Below are positions 29,548 through 38,720 of a stretch of 64,000 nt of DNA, piece by piece (the first letter of the stretch is position 1; each line of letters starts with the position of its first letter). Origin of the DNA: a virus; IMG/VR virus record IMGVR_UViG_3300031972_002446, positions 32,001 to 96,000 of that record; one strand, 5' to 3'. A model generated the notes under the pieces. That model saw nothing but the letters and a program-made list of their open reading frames with translations, was not told the DNA's origin and did no database searches. The position numbers were made by a program, and so were the translations under genes.

Positions 29548-29771
29548 TCATCTAATTCTTCACCATACATTTTTTTCCAACAATTATCACAAGTTCCGCT
29601 AATTAGCAATTCTCTTTCTGCTACTGTTAAATAATCTAAACAATTTTGTATGTAGCAATCTCCTTTTTGCCAAGCGTCAAAATCTCGCTCATCTAAAGTT
29701 ATAGCATATTCTACATTACAATGCCTGCAAACTACATGCATAACATCATTTCTTTCATTAAATGCTATCAT
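29544..29771 (-). CDS. Zn-finger protein
   Basis: CRHC...ERELLISGTCDNCW motif. Confidence 0.7.
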   Translation of the reverse strand: MIAFNERNDVMHVVCRHCNVEYAITLDERDFDAWQKGDCYIQNCLDYLTVAERELLISGTCDNCWKKMYGEELDD

Positions 29772-29943
29772 TTTAAATATTCATTAATTTTATTAGACAA
29801 ATCCTGCAATTCATTTGTTGTTACCCTCATTCTAATATAATCCGAACTGATAACATTAGTAATATCTAACACATGATGTCCACACTCTTCACTTACCCTG
29901 AATTTATAAACATCAAATTCATAAACCAAGTCTTGTTTAAGCA

Positions 29944-30150
29944 TTATTTCCTCTTTTTTCTTAAAAAACCTATAAGATGATGTGCAGCGTTATTAATGCT
30001 TTCTCCTGATTCATAGCAGTAATTTATAATAGCACCTGCATTATTTGCGTCTTCATCAGAAATTTGTAATTCCTGTGTCATATCTCCGTATTCATCCACC
30101 AAATAATCAGCAACAGCACTACTGTATTCGTTAACATTTTGAAATTGCAT
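29944..30150 (-). CDS. Hypothetical protein, paralog family 'V..YI..EY'
   Basis: YSSAVADYLVDEYG; early promoter at 30184-30223. Confidence 0.6.
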   Translation of the reverse strand: MQFQNVNEYSSAVADYLVDEYGDMTQELQISDEDANNAGAIINYCYESGESINNAAHHLIGFLRKKRK

Positions 30151-30711
30151 TGTTGTTTCTTTCTGAAAAGGTCGGTTTTTATTAGTATATCATACTTATC
30201 GTCTGTTGTCAATCAATATCTTTACAAGAATTTTCATCTATGGTATCACCTAGTAAAACTACAGCATTTTCTAGTAAAACACCCATAATTTTGGGTTCGA
30301 TATTATCTATATGGGTTAATTGATTCTCATAGTCGATAATGAATTTTTCAATCCTTAGCCTTAATTGATTAGTCACATATTATCCTATTTTAAATCTCTA
30401 ATATTATAAAACCCATCAAGAAAATTAACCATATTATTTATCTGATCAACAGTATAAGGTTGATACCCTGTACTCTTTTCCAGTTTTTTCATAACTTCGC
30501 CCATATGCTCCAATGAGTCCACAATCATGGTAATATCATGTTTATCTAATTCTACAAGCATCTTAATTGTCCTTTTTTACAACTTCTGTTAGTAGATCAA
30601 TAGCACCCTCTAAAAATATATCTGTAGTTGCCACATCCATATTATCTATATCATTAATTTGATTCTCATAGGCCAGAATAAACTTTTCTATATTTTGTCG
30701 TAATTCATCTG

Positions 30712-30981
30712 TCATACTGACACCCTCTCTTTGCTAAATCTATCCTCTAAATTAAAGACTTCCCACATTTCCCTAGACAATCTATTAATATCTTCCATAT
30801 TATAATCTTTACCCATATCAGGGAAACCTTTTTCTTGGTCTTTTCTCATCCTTGCACGTTTTTCCAATAGAGCGTCGTACAACATAAGATAATCTTGGTC
30901 TGTAATATCAAATAATTCATTAAAGTATTTCATACCGCCACCTTCCTTCCACTGTATAAATAACCCCCATGAGGATCGCAA
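30712..30981 (-). CDS. Hypothetical protein
   Basis: Likely start MKYF overlapping the upstream stop. Confidence 0.55.
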   Translation of the reverse strand: MRSSWGLFIQWKEGGGMKYFNELFDITDQDYLMLYDALLEKRARMRKDQEKGFPDMGKDYNMEDINRLSREMWEVFNLEDRFSKERVSV

Positions 30982-31256
30982 ACCTCTAAAATTCTATCAA
31001 AATTCTCTGCCAGATTATATCTAGCACCTTTTGCTGGAGAGTTCCATGTAGCCGCTTTTAGTATATCCAAATTATTATTATCCACAAAAGCATGAACACT
31101 ACTACCACCGCCAGCATCTACTCTGATAATTTTAGTATACTTTTTATTTACTTTAAAGTCATACTTGACAGGAGGGTTTGTAGGATATTTAGCCTTAAAT
31201 TTAGACTCCAATATTTCACACCATTCTTCTACAAAATTAATATACTTATTAATCAT
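30930..31256 (-). CDS. Conserved early phage protein (SVHAFVD..KAA.W..PAK..RY)
   Basis: Motif family widespread in large phages; AGGAG RBS. Confidence 0.75.
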   Translation of the reverse strand: MINKYINFVEEWCEILESKFKAKYPTNPPVKYDFKVNKKYTKIIRVDAGGGSSVHAFVDNNNLDILKAATWNSPAKGARYNLAENFDRILEVCDPHGGYLYSGRKVAV

Positions 31257-31963
31257 ACTTTCTTTCTCCTTTTATCTACTTTCCATTCTCTGTAAGATGC
31301 TATAAAAAACCACGCTGTAGCCACAATAGCCACGATATGTAATACTCTTCCGACTATTTCCATTTGATTTCTATTTCATTTCTTTTTGATTTGTGGGTGA
31401 TTAACCCATTTAGGTCATTTGATTCTTATTTTTGGTGGGAATCGTACCCAATAAGGTTCTATCAATTATATGCAGATTCTTTATTTCTTGATGCTTTATA
31501 TCTATTGGATTTGTATGTAAATGAGTGTGTAAAACCTTGCGTAATAGTTTGATTTCGCTATCTGTGAGAAGTATGCTTTTATACATTTTTTCCTATACCT
31601 ATTACATAAACTACTACTAGTACTAATAGACATTATACCATAAGTAACCATAGAGTCAATATCGGAATTTAGAGCGTCTGGACTTTAGTTTTTTTATGCT
31701 CTTTTTTCCCTTAGAAAACCCTTATTTTACAAGTCAGTTATATTTAATAAGTAAATTAAGGTTATATTTATGACAAAATTGGTCTAAAAAACGATAAAAA
31801 CCAGTTCATTATTATTAATACAGGAAAGATAAACCCTAAAAACGGACATAAAAGATGTCTAAAATATGAAAAAATTCAAGAAACATGATGATAATTCCTA
31901 ATAGTTATATATTCTTTAGTAGTAGGGAAAATGTTATTAAAACTCTATTATAATCAATATTTT

Positions 31964-32167
31964 TTATTTTGATACTTGACCCTTCATTTCTATAGATACT
32001 TGATCCTTTGGTACTGATACTGTATGTGAAATTTTTATTATATCAATAGATAGTAAACAATCATCTAAATTATTACCATTCTCTTTTTTCCATGCATTAA
32101 CTTCTTTCTCTATACTTTTACAAACTTTCTCACAAGACACATTATCTCTCAGACTAATATTAACCAT
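31964..32167 (-). CDS. Hypothetical protein
   Basis: 67-aa ORF following a 49-bp repeat copy. Confidence 0.55.
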   Translation of the reverse strand: MVNISLRDNVSCEKVCKSIEKEVNAWKKENGNNLDDCLLSIDIIKISHTVSVPKDQVSIEMKGQVSK

Positions 32168-32212
32168 ATAACATTCAACCTTTTTAGTTTAGATTTGACA
32201 AACCTCTAAAAC

Positions 32213-32261
32213 TCACTGACTATCAATCATTGGCGCAATCCTAATAGTTAAGATAAGACAA
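32213..32261. repeat. 49-bp dispersed repeat, copy A
   Basis: TCACTGACTAT-N12-CAA-..CTA-N3-GTTAAGATAAGACAA; aligns without gaps to 32640, 33579 and 39095. Confidence 0.85.
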
Positions 32262-32290
32262 AAATACTATCATTTAGTTTTTATTAAAAA

Positions 32291-32533
32291 TTATAAATTA
32301 TACTCTTCCATAGTTACAGTAAATGAATCACTTAAATTATTATCTTGATTTCCTTGATCCTTATTATCTTCTGATATATATGCTTCTAATTCCTTATCGA
32401 CACCTCTTTCCTTTACCTTGGGTTTATATGTTATTGCAGGATGATCATTCTCAAAAATTAAAGAACAAAAAATAGAAATTGTTCCCATTCCAAATAGAAT
32501 AGTTAATACGCTTAATAATATTTGACCTAACAC
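32291..32533 (-). CDS. Membrane-anchored hypothetical protein
   Basis: GTG start, N-terminal TM, GGAG RBS. Confidence 0.55.
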   Translation of the reverse strand: MLGQILLSVLTILFGMGTISIFCSLIFENDHPAITYKPKVKERGVDKELEAYISEDNKDQGNQDNNLSDSFTVTMEEYNL

Positions 32534-32639
32534 TCAACTTACTCCACGACCTTTATTTCCAACTACCTAATAGTAGGGTTCGTTTTTTATCGCAGCAAGT
32601 TACGGTAGGTTAATATGATTTTTCATAAGTTGTTAAAAT

Positions 32640-32688
32640 TCACTGACTATGATTATCTGGTGCAAAGTTAGTAGTTAAGGTAAGACAA
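32640..32688. repeat. 49-bp dispersed repeat, copy B
   Basis: TCACTGACTAT...CAA..TTA...GTTAAGGTAAGACAA. Confidence 0.85.
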
Positions 32689-32691
32689 TAA

Positions 32692-32946
32692 TTATATATT
32701 TATTTTTCCTGACTCATGAACTATTTCTAATTGTTTATCGTCAGATAATTTGGCAAAGCAACTATATGATATTACTTGACCTTCTAAATCATTCTTCATA
32801 TATTTCGTATAAACATTAATTCGCCATCTATTGTCCCAAAGGTTCGATGCTCTACACATAACCAAATTTCTTGGTTTCCCTTTTTTCTGGAGTAATAGAT
32901 CACAAACTATTCCATCTGTTTCTATTGATACGGGATTTACTTGCAT
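32692..32946 (-). CDS. Conserved hypothetical protein (WDNRWRINVY motif)
   Basis: AGGAG RBS; 84 aa. Confidence 0.65.
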   Translation of the reverse strand: MQVNPVSIETDGIVCDLLLQKKGKPRNLVMCRASNLWDNRWRINVYTKYMKNDLEGQVISYSCFAKLSDDKQLEIVHESGKINI

Positions 32947-33175
32947 AATTCACTCCTTTAATTATATTTATTTATTCGGTTTTTTTATCTTGACTAATCT
33001 AATTATTATGTTATATTTATACAGGCCGGGAGGATATTACTATCTAATACTAAATTCATTAACTTGTTTACTTTCACAATATAGGTCGGCTAGTGCAAAT
33101 AGGATGAGTATTGTTATCATATAAAATTTCGTTATAAAGGGAAAAGGGTTGAGTTTAGTAGGAAAAAGGTTATTA

Positions 33176-33433
33176 TTAAGTATTATCTTTATTTTCTGTA
33201 ATACCTATAATCTGTAAGTACTCATTTAATTTCTTAACCCTATCTTCATCAGATATATTAGGAAATTCTTTATCAACCATTTTTGCTAAATCTTCAAATA
33301 TACCATTTTCCAAATAATCTTGACCTTCTTTCATATATTTAATATAATCTTCCTTAGACAAAGAGTTTCTATAGTCCATGTCTTCTTGCATCAATTTACT
33401 CAGTGATTCTTGAACTTCTTTCTCATTAATCAT
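33176..33433 (-). CDS. Acidic hypothetical protein
   Basis: AGGAG RBS; 85 aa. Confidence 0.6.
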   Translation of the reverse strand: MINEKEVQESLSKLMQEDMDYRNSLSKEDYIKYMKEGQDYLENGIFEDLAKMVDKEFPNISDEDRVKKLNEYLQIIGITENKDNT

Positions 33434-33578
33434 TTAAACAACTCCTATTCTAATTAATAATCAAACTCATATATAAATACCCCGTAACATCTCAATGATA
33501 TATAGTAGTCCTTTCTAGTTATTATTCAATAATTATATTATCAACTATCCTTCTGTATAAATCAAAGACCATAGAAAT

Positions 33579-33627
33579 TCACTGACTATAACCATTCAAA
33601 CCAAACCTATCGGTTTAGATGATACAA
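33579..33627. repeat. 49-bp dispersed repeat, copy C
   Basis: TCACTGACTAT...CAAACCTA...GTTTAGATGATACAA. Confidence 0.8.
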
Positions 33628-33674
33628 TAGAACTCCAGATTGGAATATTTTTATATTTATATTATAAATCTCTC

Positions 33675-33778
33675 GTAAGTCCTTACCAGCAAACAACTTA
33701 CACTCTACCATTATATCGGATCATCACGCCTTTGTCCATTAGGAAATCTCCGTAAGTCCTTGTCAGATATAGACTTAC
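33675..33778. repeat. Two 27-bp imperfect palindromes GTAAGTCCTT-N7..ACTTAC (IHF-like half-sites)
   Basis: Copies at 33675-33701 and 33752-33778; third copy at 40710-40736; arms resemble CAA-N4-TTA. Confidence 0.7.
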
Positions 33779-33850
33779 AACTAATTAGAATCTATTATTA
33801 TTTTACTATACACAATAAAATTGTCGTATTTTGCGCGGCCGGGTTTTGAC

Positions 33851-33878
33851 AAAAAAGAGCCGACCCGATTTCTCAGGC
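33851..33878 (-). terminator. Rho-independent terminator after DUF932 gene
   Basis: GAGTCGGCCTG-agaaat-CGGGTCGGCTC-TTTTTT. Confidence 0.85.
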
Positions 33879-33914
33879 CGACTCTTTTCGACACGCACCA
33901 CGAAAGGAGAGCGA

Positions 33915-34862
33915 TTATAGAGCGTTGGCATACTCGGTTGCGAGATTCAACGCCCTGATATTATCAGAGCCGTTTTGACCGAACCACAGACTTTCCATGC
34001 GGTTGTTGGTATTACGACCCTTTGTGTAATTAAGATACTCATTGAAGCCGTTATAGGCAGCCCACCAAGTACCAGATACTCCCGGCATTGATTGTTTCGG
34101 GCCTTCGATGGTAGCAAGAATGTCGTCCATAATATTTTTGGTACGAGTCTTGATATCCTCTTCAGCCTTTTTATCAATATTCAGCAGAACCTTCACATAC
34201 TTACGAACATCAGCCTGATTGAAATTACGACTAGCAAGAAATCGGAACTGTTCAGCACTAGCCTCAAATTGTCCGTTGATATTGTCCATGATATCTCGGA
34301 CGTTATCTAGGTTTGCTGCTGCACTTTTTGTATGTCTGATACGCAGTAGTTTGCTTACGCCACTTTGGTGAGCAAATGCCAAGGTATTCACACAAACAAC
34401 ACGAATAGGAGTGTATCCTACGCGAATAGCAGTTGTACCATCGTGACTGTTGGATAGAAGGATAAACTTCTGAACCTCATCACCCTTAACAATTTCGCTA
34501 GGATCACGATTGAGTTGAGCCAAAGCCCATACTTTTTGCCCGTCACTTAGACTTCCTCCAGTATGCAGGCTACATTCACCAGCGTCGATGAATGGCTGAA
34601 ACCAGTTGAAGGCATCACGATTCTGGAGCGGTACGTATCTTGGGCCTACCACACCTAGAATACTATTATCGCTTTTACGATAAGTTGCTCTAGCAGGTAC
34701 ATCATAACCATCTTTGGTTACAAGATCTTTTGTACCCACTTCCCAATCAAGACCACTAGCCTCGATTGCTTCTGAGATTGTTGGAGCATCTTCCAACTTT
34801 TCACCAAGGCCATGCCAAGGTTCTGCTCCGGTGTAAAACATAGATTCAACATTAGCAGGCAT
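33915..34862 (-). CDS. DUF932 / TIGR03299 phage-plasmid protein
   Basis: PWHGLG, GLDW.V, Y.PLQN.DAF, NSHDG, TPIRVVC.NT, RHT and GTWWAAYN motifs. Confidence 0.92.
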   Translation of the reverse strand: MPANVESMFYTGAEPWHGLGEKLEDAPTISEAIEASGLDWEVGTKDLVTKDGYDVPARATYRKSDNSILGVVGPRYVPLQNRDAFNWFQPFIDAGECSLHTGGSLSDGQKVWALAQLNRDPSEIVKGDEVQKFILLSNSHDGTTAIRVGYTPIRVVCVNTLAFAHQSGVSKLLRIRHTKSAAANLDNVRDIMDNINGQFEASAEQFRFLASRNFNQADVRKYVKVLLNIDKKAEEDIKTRTKNIMDDILATIEGPKQSMPGVSGTWWAAYNGFNEYLNYTKGRNTNNRMESLWFGQNGSDNIRALNLATEYANAL

Positions 34863-34901
34863 TTTAGTTCCTTTCGTAAGAGTAATGTCCTGTATGCTCT
34901 A

Positions 34902-34943
34902 AGTATATCATATATATCGTCACTGTCAACAGTTAATCTTTAG
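34902..34943 (-). promoter_or_regulatory. Early sigma70-type promoter
   Basis: CTAAAG..TTGACAgtgaCGATAtatatgaTATACT. Confidence 0.8.
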
Positions 34944-34988
34944 CATAATTGAGAAAAAAATAACATAATCAGCCCGGCCTGATTTTAT

Positions 34989-35468
34989 TTAAATATAAGG
35001 AATGCCTAAATCTTTTTCACATAATTCAGGCATTTTCCTATAAGCACATTGATCTTTCATATAAGAGTACACGCCAATACATTTAGAGATTGGAGTTTCA
35101 TTCTTAATACTTCGAATGATATGTTTAACAGTATCCCCAGAGCATATTAAATCATCAATAATAATATATCGTTTACTACTTGGGCCTTCTACTATAAAGT
35201 CACTATATCCATCTTTTTTCTTACGAATAACAATTATATTTTTTTTGAGCAATTCAGCAATCTGTGGCACAACCATTAAACCACTCGTACCACAACATGC
35301 TATAGCATCGTATCCAATATTTAATTTATTCAAATAAGAATAGGTAGTCATAATTATTTTATTACGATATTTATGATTTAAGATACGGCTAGTATGAGAT
35401 GCTCCTTGTATAATACTGCCATCATCATTACGTCTGAACTCGTCAAGTTCTTGCATTAAAATATTCAT
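34989..35468 (-). CDS. Type I phosphoribosyltransferase-like protein
   Basis: PRPP-binding loop YIIIDDLICSGDT; G.SG; VIRK. Confidence 0.85.
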   Translation of the reverse strand: MNILMQELDEFRRNDDGSIIQGASHTSRILNHKYRNKIIMTTYSYLNKLNIGYDAIACCGTSGLMVVPQIAELLKKNIIVIRKKKDGYSDFIVEGPSSKRYIIIDDLICSGDTVKHIIRSIKNETPISKCIGVYSYMKDQCAYRKMPELCEKDLGIPYI

Positions 35469-35478
35469 AATTAAAAAA

Positions 35479-35552
35479 GACTAATGGCCTGATTCGAACA
35501 GACTAAATTGATAACTAGATTTATATGTGTGTCCCACCACACCGCATTAGTC
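35479..35552 (-). ncRNA. tRNA-like element with non-canonical anticodon arm
   Basis: 8-bp GACTAATG/CATTAGTC stem, D-like GTGTG/CACAC arm, T-arm GTCTG-TTCGAAT-CAGGC, then T6; AT-rich middle arm with no 7-nt loop. Confidence 0.6.
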
Positions 35553-35567
35553 GAAAGGAGATCAATA

Positions 35568-35795
35568 CTATATCTCATCAATAAGTTCAATAGGTTCTTG
35601 GTAGAGGTAGTTGCACGTTACATCTGTTTCAGCATTTTCATATTCATCATCTAAGTATGTTCCTTCTGTCATGAATTCACTATAATCAACGCTATTATCA
35701 GTAAGATCATCAATATATTCCCATTTATGATTATCCATATATAATTCTCCTATCGTGAAACATTTAGTAATAGCATATTTTAACATATGCCACAT
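35568..35795 (-). CDS. Very acidic small protein
   Basis: Likely start MDNH after GGAG; D/E/Y-rich. Confidence 0.5.
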   Translation of the reverse strand: MWHMLKYAITKCFTIGELYMDNHKWEYIDDLTDNSVDYSEFMTEGTYLDDEYENAETDVTCNYLYQEPIELIDEI

Positions 35796-35806
35796 CGCTT
35801 GTCAAG

Positions 35807-35879
35807 TACCCCCAGTAGGACTCGAACCTACAACATACGGTTTAAAAGACCGCTACTCTACCGATTGAGTTATAGGGGC
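35807..35879 (-). tRNA. tRNA-Lys (UUU)
   Basis: Cloverleaf; anticodon arm GCGGT-CTTTTAA-ACCGT; T-loop TTCGAGT; no encoded CCA. Confidence 0.95.
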
Positions 35880-35883
35880 TGAG

Positions 35884-35959
35884 TAGGACGGGCAGGAGTC
35901 GAACCTACCTATGAACACCTTATAAGAGTGTCGGATGCAACCGGCTTACCTTCCGTCCC
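35884..35959 (-). tRNA. tRNA-Ile (UAU)
   Basis: GGGACGG/CCGTCCT acceptor; ACACT-CTTATAA-GGTGT anticodon arm; T-loop TTCGACT; A73. Confidence 0.88.
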
Positions 35960-36117
35960 TTATGAGTATTCTGTTATTGCTCTTCTCCGAATATCCATCC
36001 GGGTGCGAACTCTACGAGGCCGGTTATCATGATTACCAGAGCCAGAACGATGAATGTTGTGTCCACGAGACATCTCCCAAGATTTTTTAGTTGAAACTTT
36101 TACTGATCCATACTTAC

Positions 36118-36444
36118 TCATAGTTTATCCCTTAATAAGTCTTGAAGAAATTCTTTAGCAACATTATCAGGATCTTCTTCTACATTCACATCACACTCAT
36201 CTAATGCACCATCGAAAGAGTCTCTGTATGCTACTCCTAAATCCTCTAAGATATAATCGTCTCGTTCGTTTTCTTCTAATTCTAAATATTCTGTTCCATT
36301 GATAATATGTTTATGTGATTCATTTTCAATATAATCACCAATCCATTGGAATCTAATACTTTCAGGATCAGCCTCAACCCAACCATTAAATGTTATAATA
36401 ATTTTTTTATTACTCATTAGTAAGTTTCTCCACAAGTAAATCAC
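36118..36444 (-). CDS. Acidic hypothetical protein
   Basis: Likely start MSNKK after GGAG. Confidence 0.6.
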   Translation of the reverse strand: MIYLWRNLLMSNKKIIITFNGWVEADPESIRFQWIGDYIENESHKHIINGTEYLELEENERDDYILEDLGVAYRDSFDGALDECDVNVEEDPDNVAKEFLQDLLRDKL

Positions 36445-36854
36445 AAATCATATCAATAGTAGAAGCATCACTACGACCATCAAGAATAGCCCTAATGTCT
36501 TCCTGCATTTGTTCACACAACTCGTTCATCATCTTGTCCAATCTCTAAAGAACTCTACCCTAACTCCAACATTCATTCTACCATTATCGGGCTGACCCGT
36601 CAAGTCTATAGTTTTATTACAGGTAAGTGAACATTTGCTAGTAGTTACACATCCTGTACAACAAATTAAGAGTGAGACCAAACATAGTCGATATACCATT
36701 CCACCACCTCCTTAAGAGTAATATCGTCATCCTCAAGGATTTTCTTTACCTTATTTGTTTCGGCCTCATTCATCACACTTAGCCTCTGGTTCAGGTAGTC
36801 TAAAATTGTTGTTATTTGTTCTTTTTTATCCAAAATTTTCTCCAAATAAGTTAA

Positions 36855-36926
36855 TAGCCCCGGCGAGAATCGAACTCACATTTGAGGTTTAGAAGACCAC
36901 TGTTCTATCCGTTGAACTACGGGGCC
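36855..36926 (-). tRNA. tRNA-Arg (UCU)
   Basis: GGCCCCG/CGGGGCT acceptor; anticodon loop CTTCTAA; T-loop TTCGATT. Confidence 0.93.
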
Positions 36927-36990
36927 AATAATAAAAGCCAGAGCCGCAGTCTTGGTTATCCCCATTGACGCTGCGGCCCTGACCCTCTTA

Positions 36991-37278
36991 TTATACTCCC
37001 GGAAGGATAGCATCGCTAGTGTCTTTTGACACTACCAATTCTGACTTGGAAGAGGTAGCCTTGTGAGCATCGCCTGCTTCCTTCACGCCGATACCGAACT
37101 TACGGTTTCGAGCAACCTTCCAACCCTGCTCAGAATATTCCTTAACACCGTCAGCCTTGCACAAAGCAAGAGTGTCTTCAGGTAGTCCGTCAGTAAGTGC
37201 TTGACGAATGGTATCTTCAATAACTTCTGTATCGAGAGTCTCAGAAGCAATCGTCACATTAAAAGAAAAAGCCTTCAT
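36991..37278 (-). CDS. Hypothetical protein
   Basis: GGAG RBS; early promoter at about 37342-37384; higher GC than the genome average. Confidence 0.7.
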   Translation of the reverse strand: MKAFSFNVTIASETLDTEVIEDTIRQALTDGLPEDTLALCKADGVKEYSEQGWKVARNRKFGIGVKEAGDAHKATSSKSELVVSKDTSDAILPGV

Positions 37279-37470
37279 AATAAATTCTCCAAGATAAAAC
37301 CAATTTTAGTAACTTGCACGGTGCTTGTCACTTATGCTATCATTCTATCATATAGTATCGTCTTGTCAATAGCATAAACTTGAGAAAATAATGGCTTGAA
37401 TGTGATTATATTAAGCAATAACTCTGATATTGAAATTATACGCAAAATCCGGCCGGGCTGATTTTACATA

Positions 37471-37757
37471 AAAAAACCGCCACAGGCTGTTTCCTCAACG
37501 CTCTCAAATAGTCTTGCAACTACCAAGTCTCTAGAGTTGTACCAGCCCGTTAAGCGGCTTATATTATTGGACGGGGAGGACTTCTTTTTCTACCTCCAAC
37601 TTTTCAGGGCATGATATGTCATAGTTCCCTACTTCGCACCGCTAGCCCAAACCTCAAGCACTTGCCCGTTGGTAAGGATTCGCGTACTGTTGTACCCTCA
37701 TGCGGGCCAGCACACTTTCAGTCACCGTCCTATAGCAAGGGTGCTACCCTTACTATA
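37471..37757 (-). ncRNA. Candidate structured ncRNA ending in a terminator
   Basis: GC-rich intergenic stretch; closing stem GGACGG/CCGTCC (37730/37569) around several hairpins; 5' hairpin 37731-37757; CCGC..GCGG-T6 terminator at 37471. Confidence 0.55.
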
Positions 37758-37766
37758 TGTTTTGTA

Positions 37767-38282
37767 TTACGTTTCCTCCATAGTATCATAGTATTCGTGC
37801 ATACTGAACTCATCTCTCAAAGACTCTGGAAAATCGTTCCAGTGACCCTCATAAAAATTATCCTCACCATTATGCCATATTCCGGCAAAACTCATCCCTG
37901 GCTCAAAATATGACGCTTGTACATCAAATCCCAAGGCTACCAGCCTCTCATAAAATCCCAGCGGAGGATTCCATGCACTATCGAACGTCATACTAAGTTC
38001 ATTGTCTACCCTAGTTGGCTCCAGACCATATCCATCTTGACACCCAACGTCCCATTTTGTACCCCAATTTGCTAGTCTCCATAGATACCAGTTGTTATTT
38101 GGGTTATCGTCTTTACTCATCGCTTTACCTTCACCCATCATCATGGTTGGATCACCGGGATCTCTTGGAGTAGGGTAGAAAGTCTCGATAGTCCAATCAT
38201 TCCGATAGGCTTTTTCTAACTTGTCTATCATAGACTTGTCTTCGTGTATTACAGTCAATTTATTCATGCACCAGTTAGGCAT
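37767..38282 (-). CDS. DUF1281/YubB-like ferredoxin-fold protein
   Basis: MPNWC.N, WY.W...NWGTKW, F.SAW.PP and Y.EPG..F.G motifs. Confidence 0.85.
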   Translation of the reverse strand: MPNWCMNKLTVIHEDKSMIDKLEKAYRNDWTIETFYPTPRDPGDPTMMMGEGKAMSKDDNPNNNWYLWRLANWGTKWDVGCQDGYGLEPTRVDNELSMTFDSAWNPPLGFYERLVALGFDVQASYFEPGMSFAGIWHNGEDNFYEGHWNDFPESLRDEFSMHEYYDTMEET

Positions 38283-38682
38283 AACATCTCTCCTCTACAA
38301 TATGCACTCTGTTACCATCTGTTACCAACATATCAAAGTGATAGTTGTCCCAGTCAAAATCACCATCGTCCTCTTGTCGTCTCCAACTTGGCTCGACTAT
38401 TGGATTATACAACAATCTTTCTAAGTTGTCAATAGGTAAACTGTCTTTTTCTAGTATATCAAAATTCTCACACTCTACCCAACCACAAACATCCTTCTTG
38501 CCTGCCGCATGAACTTTCTTGGCAGCATTTTTCTTATTGATTAGTGTGCAGCCTCTCATCTCAATCTGATACTTTTGTGGATCAATATACGAGAGTGTGC
38601 CATCATATGCCTTGATCTGCCAGTGCATATAGTGCTGACCACGTTGCAAGTGAAACCGTACTTTGTATTCAAAACCAACCAT
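38275..38682 (-). CDS. Hypothetical protein
   Basis: 135 aa; AGGAG RBS; promoter at 38701-38738. Confidence 0.7.
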   Translation of the reverse strand: MVGFEYKVRFHLQRGQHYMHWQIKAYDGTLSYIDPQKYQIEMRGCTLINKKNAAKKVHAAGKKDVCGWVECENFDILEKDSLPIDNLERLLYNPIVEPSWRRQEDDGDFDWDNYHFDMLVTDGNRVHIVEERCYA

Positions 38683-38720
38683 AATTGTCTCCTTTCCTCT
38701 AGTATATCATATCGACATTA

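Noticed and set aside
37660-37730. HDV-like (theta) or hammerhead ribozyme (GG-GTAC-aaca-GTAC-GCGAA)
   Set aside because: P4/J4-2-like piece is present, but no P1/P3/L3 nested pseudoknot at the right spacing and no CUGANGA core.
37611-37913. 100-aa plus-strand ORF
   Set aside because: Opposite to all local transcription, overlaps the DUF1281-like gene and has no RBS; RNA structure explains the GC content better.
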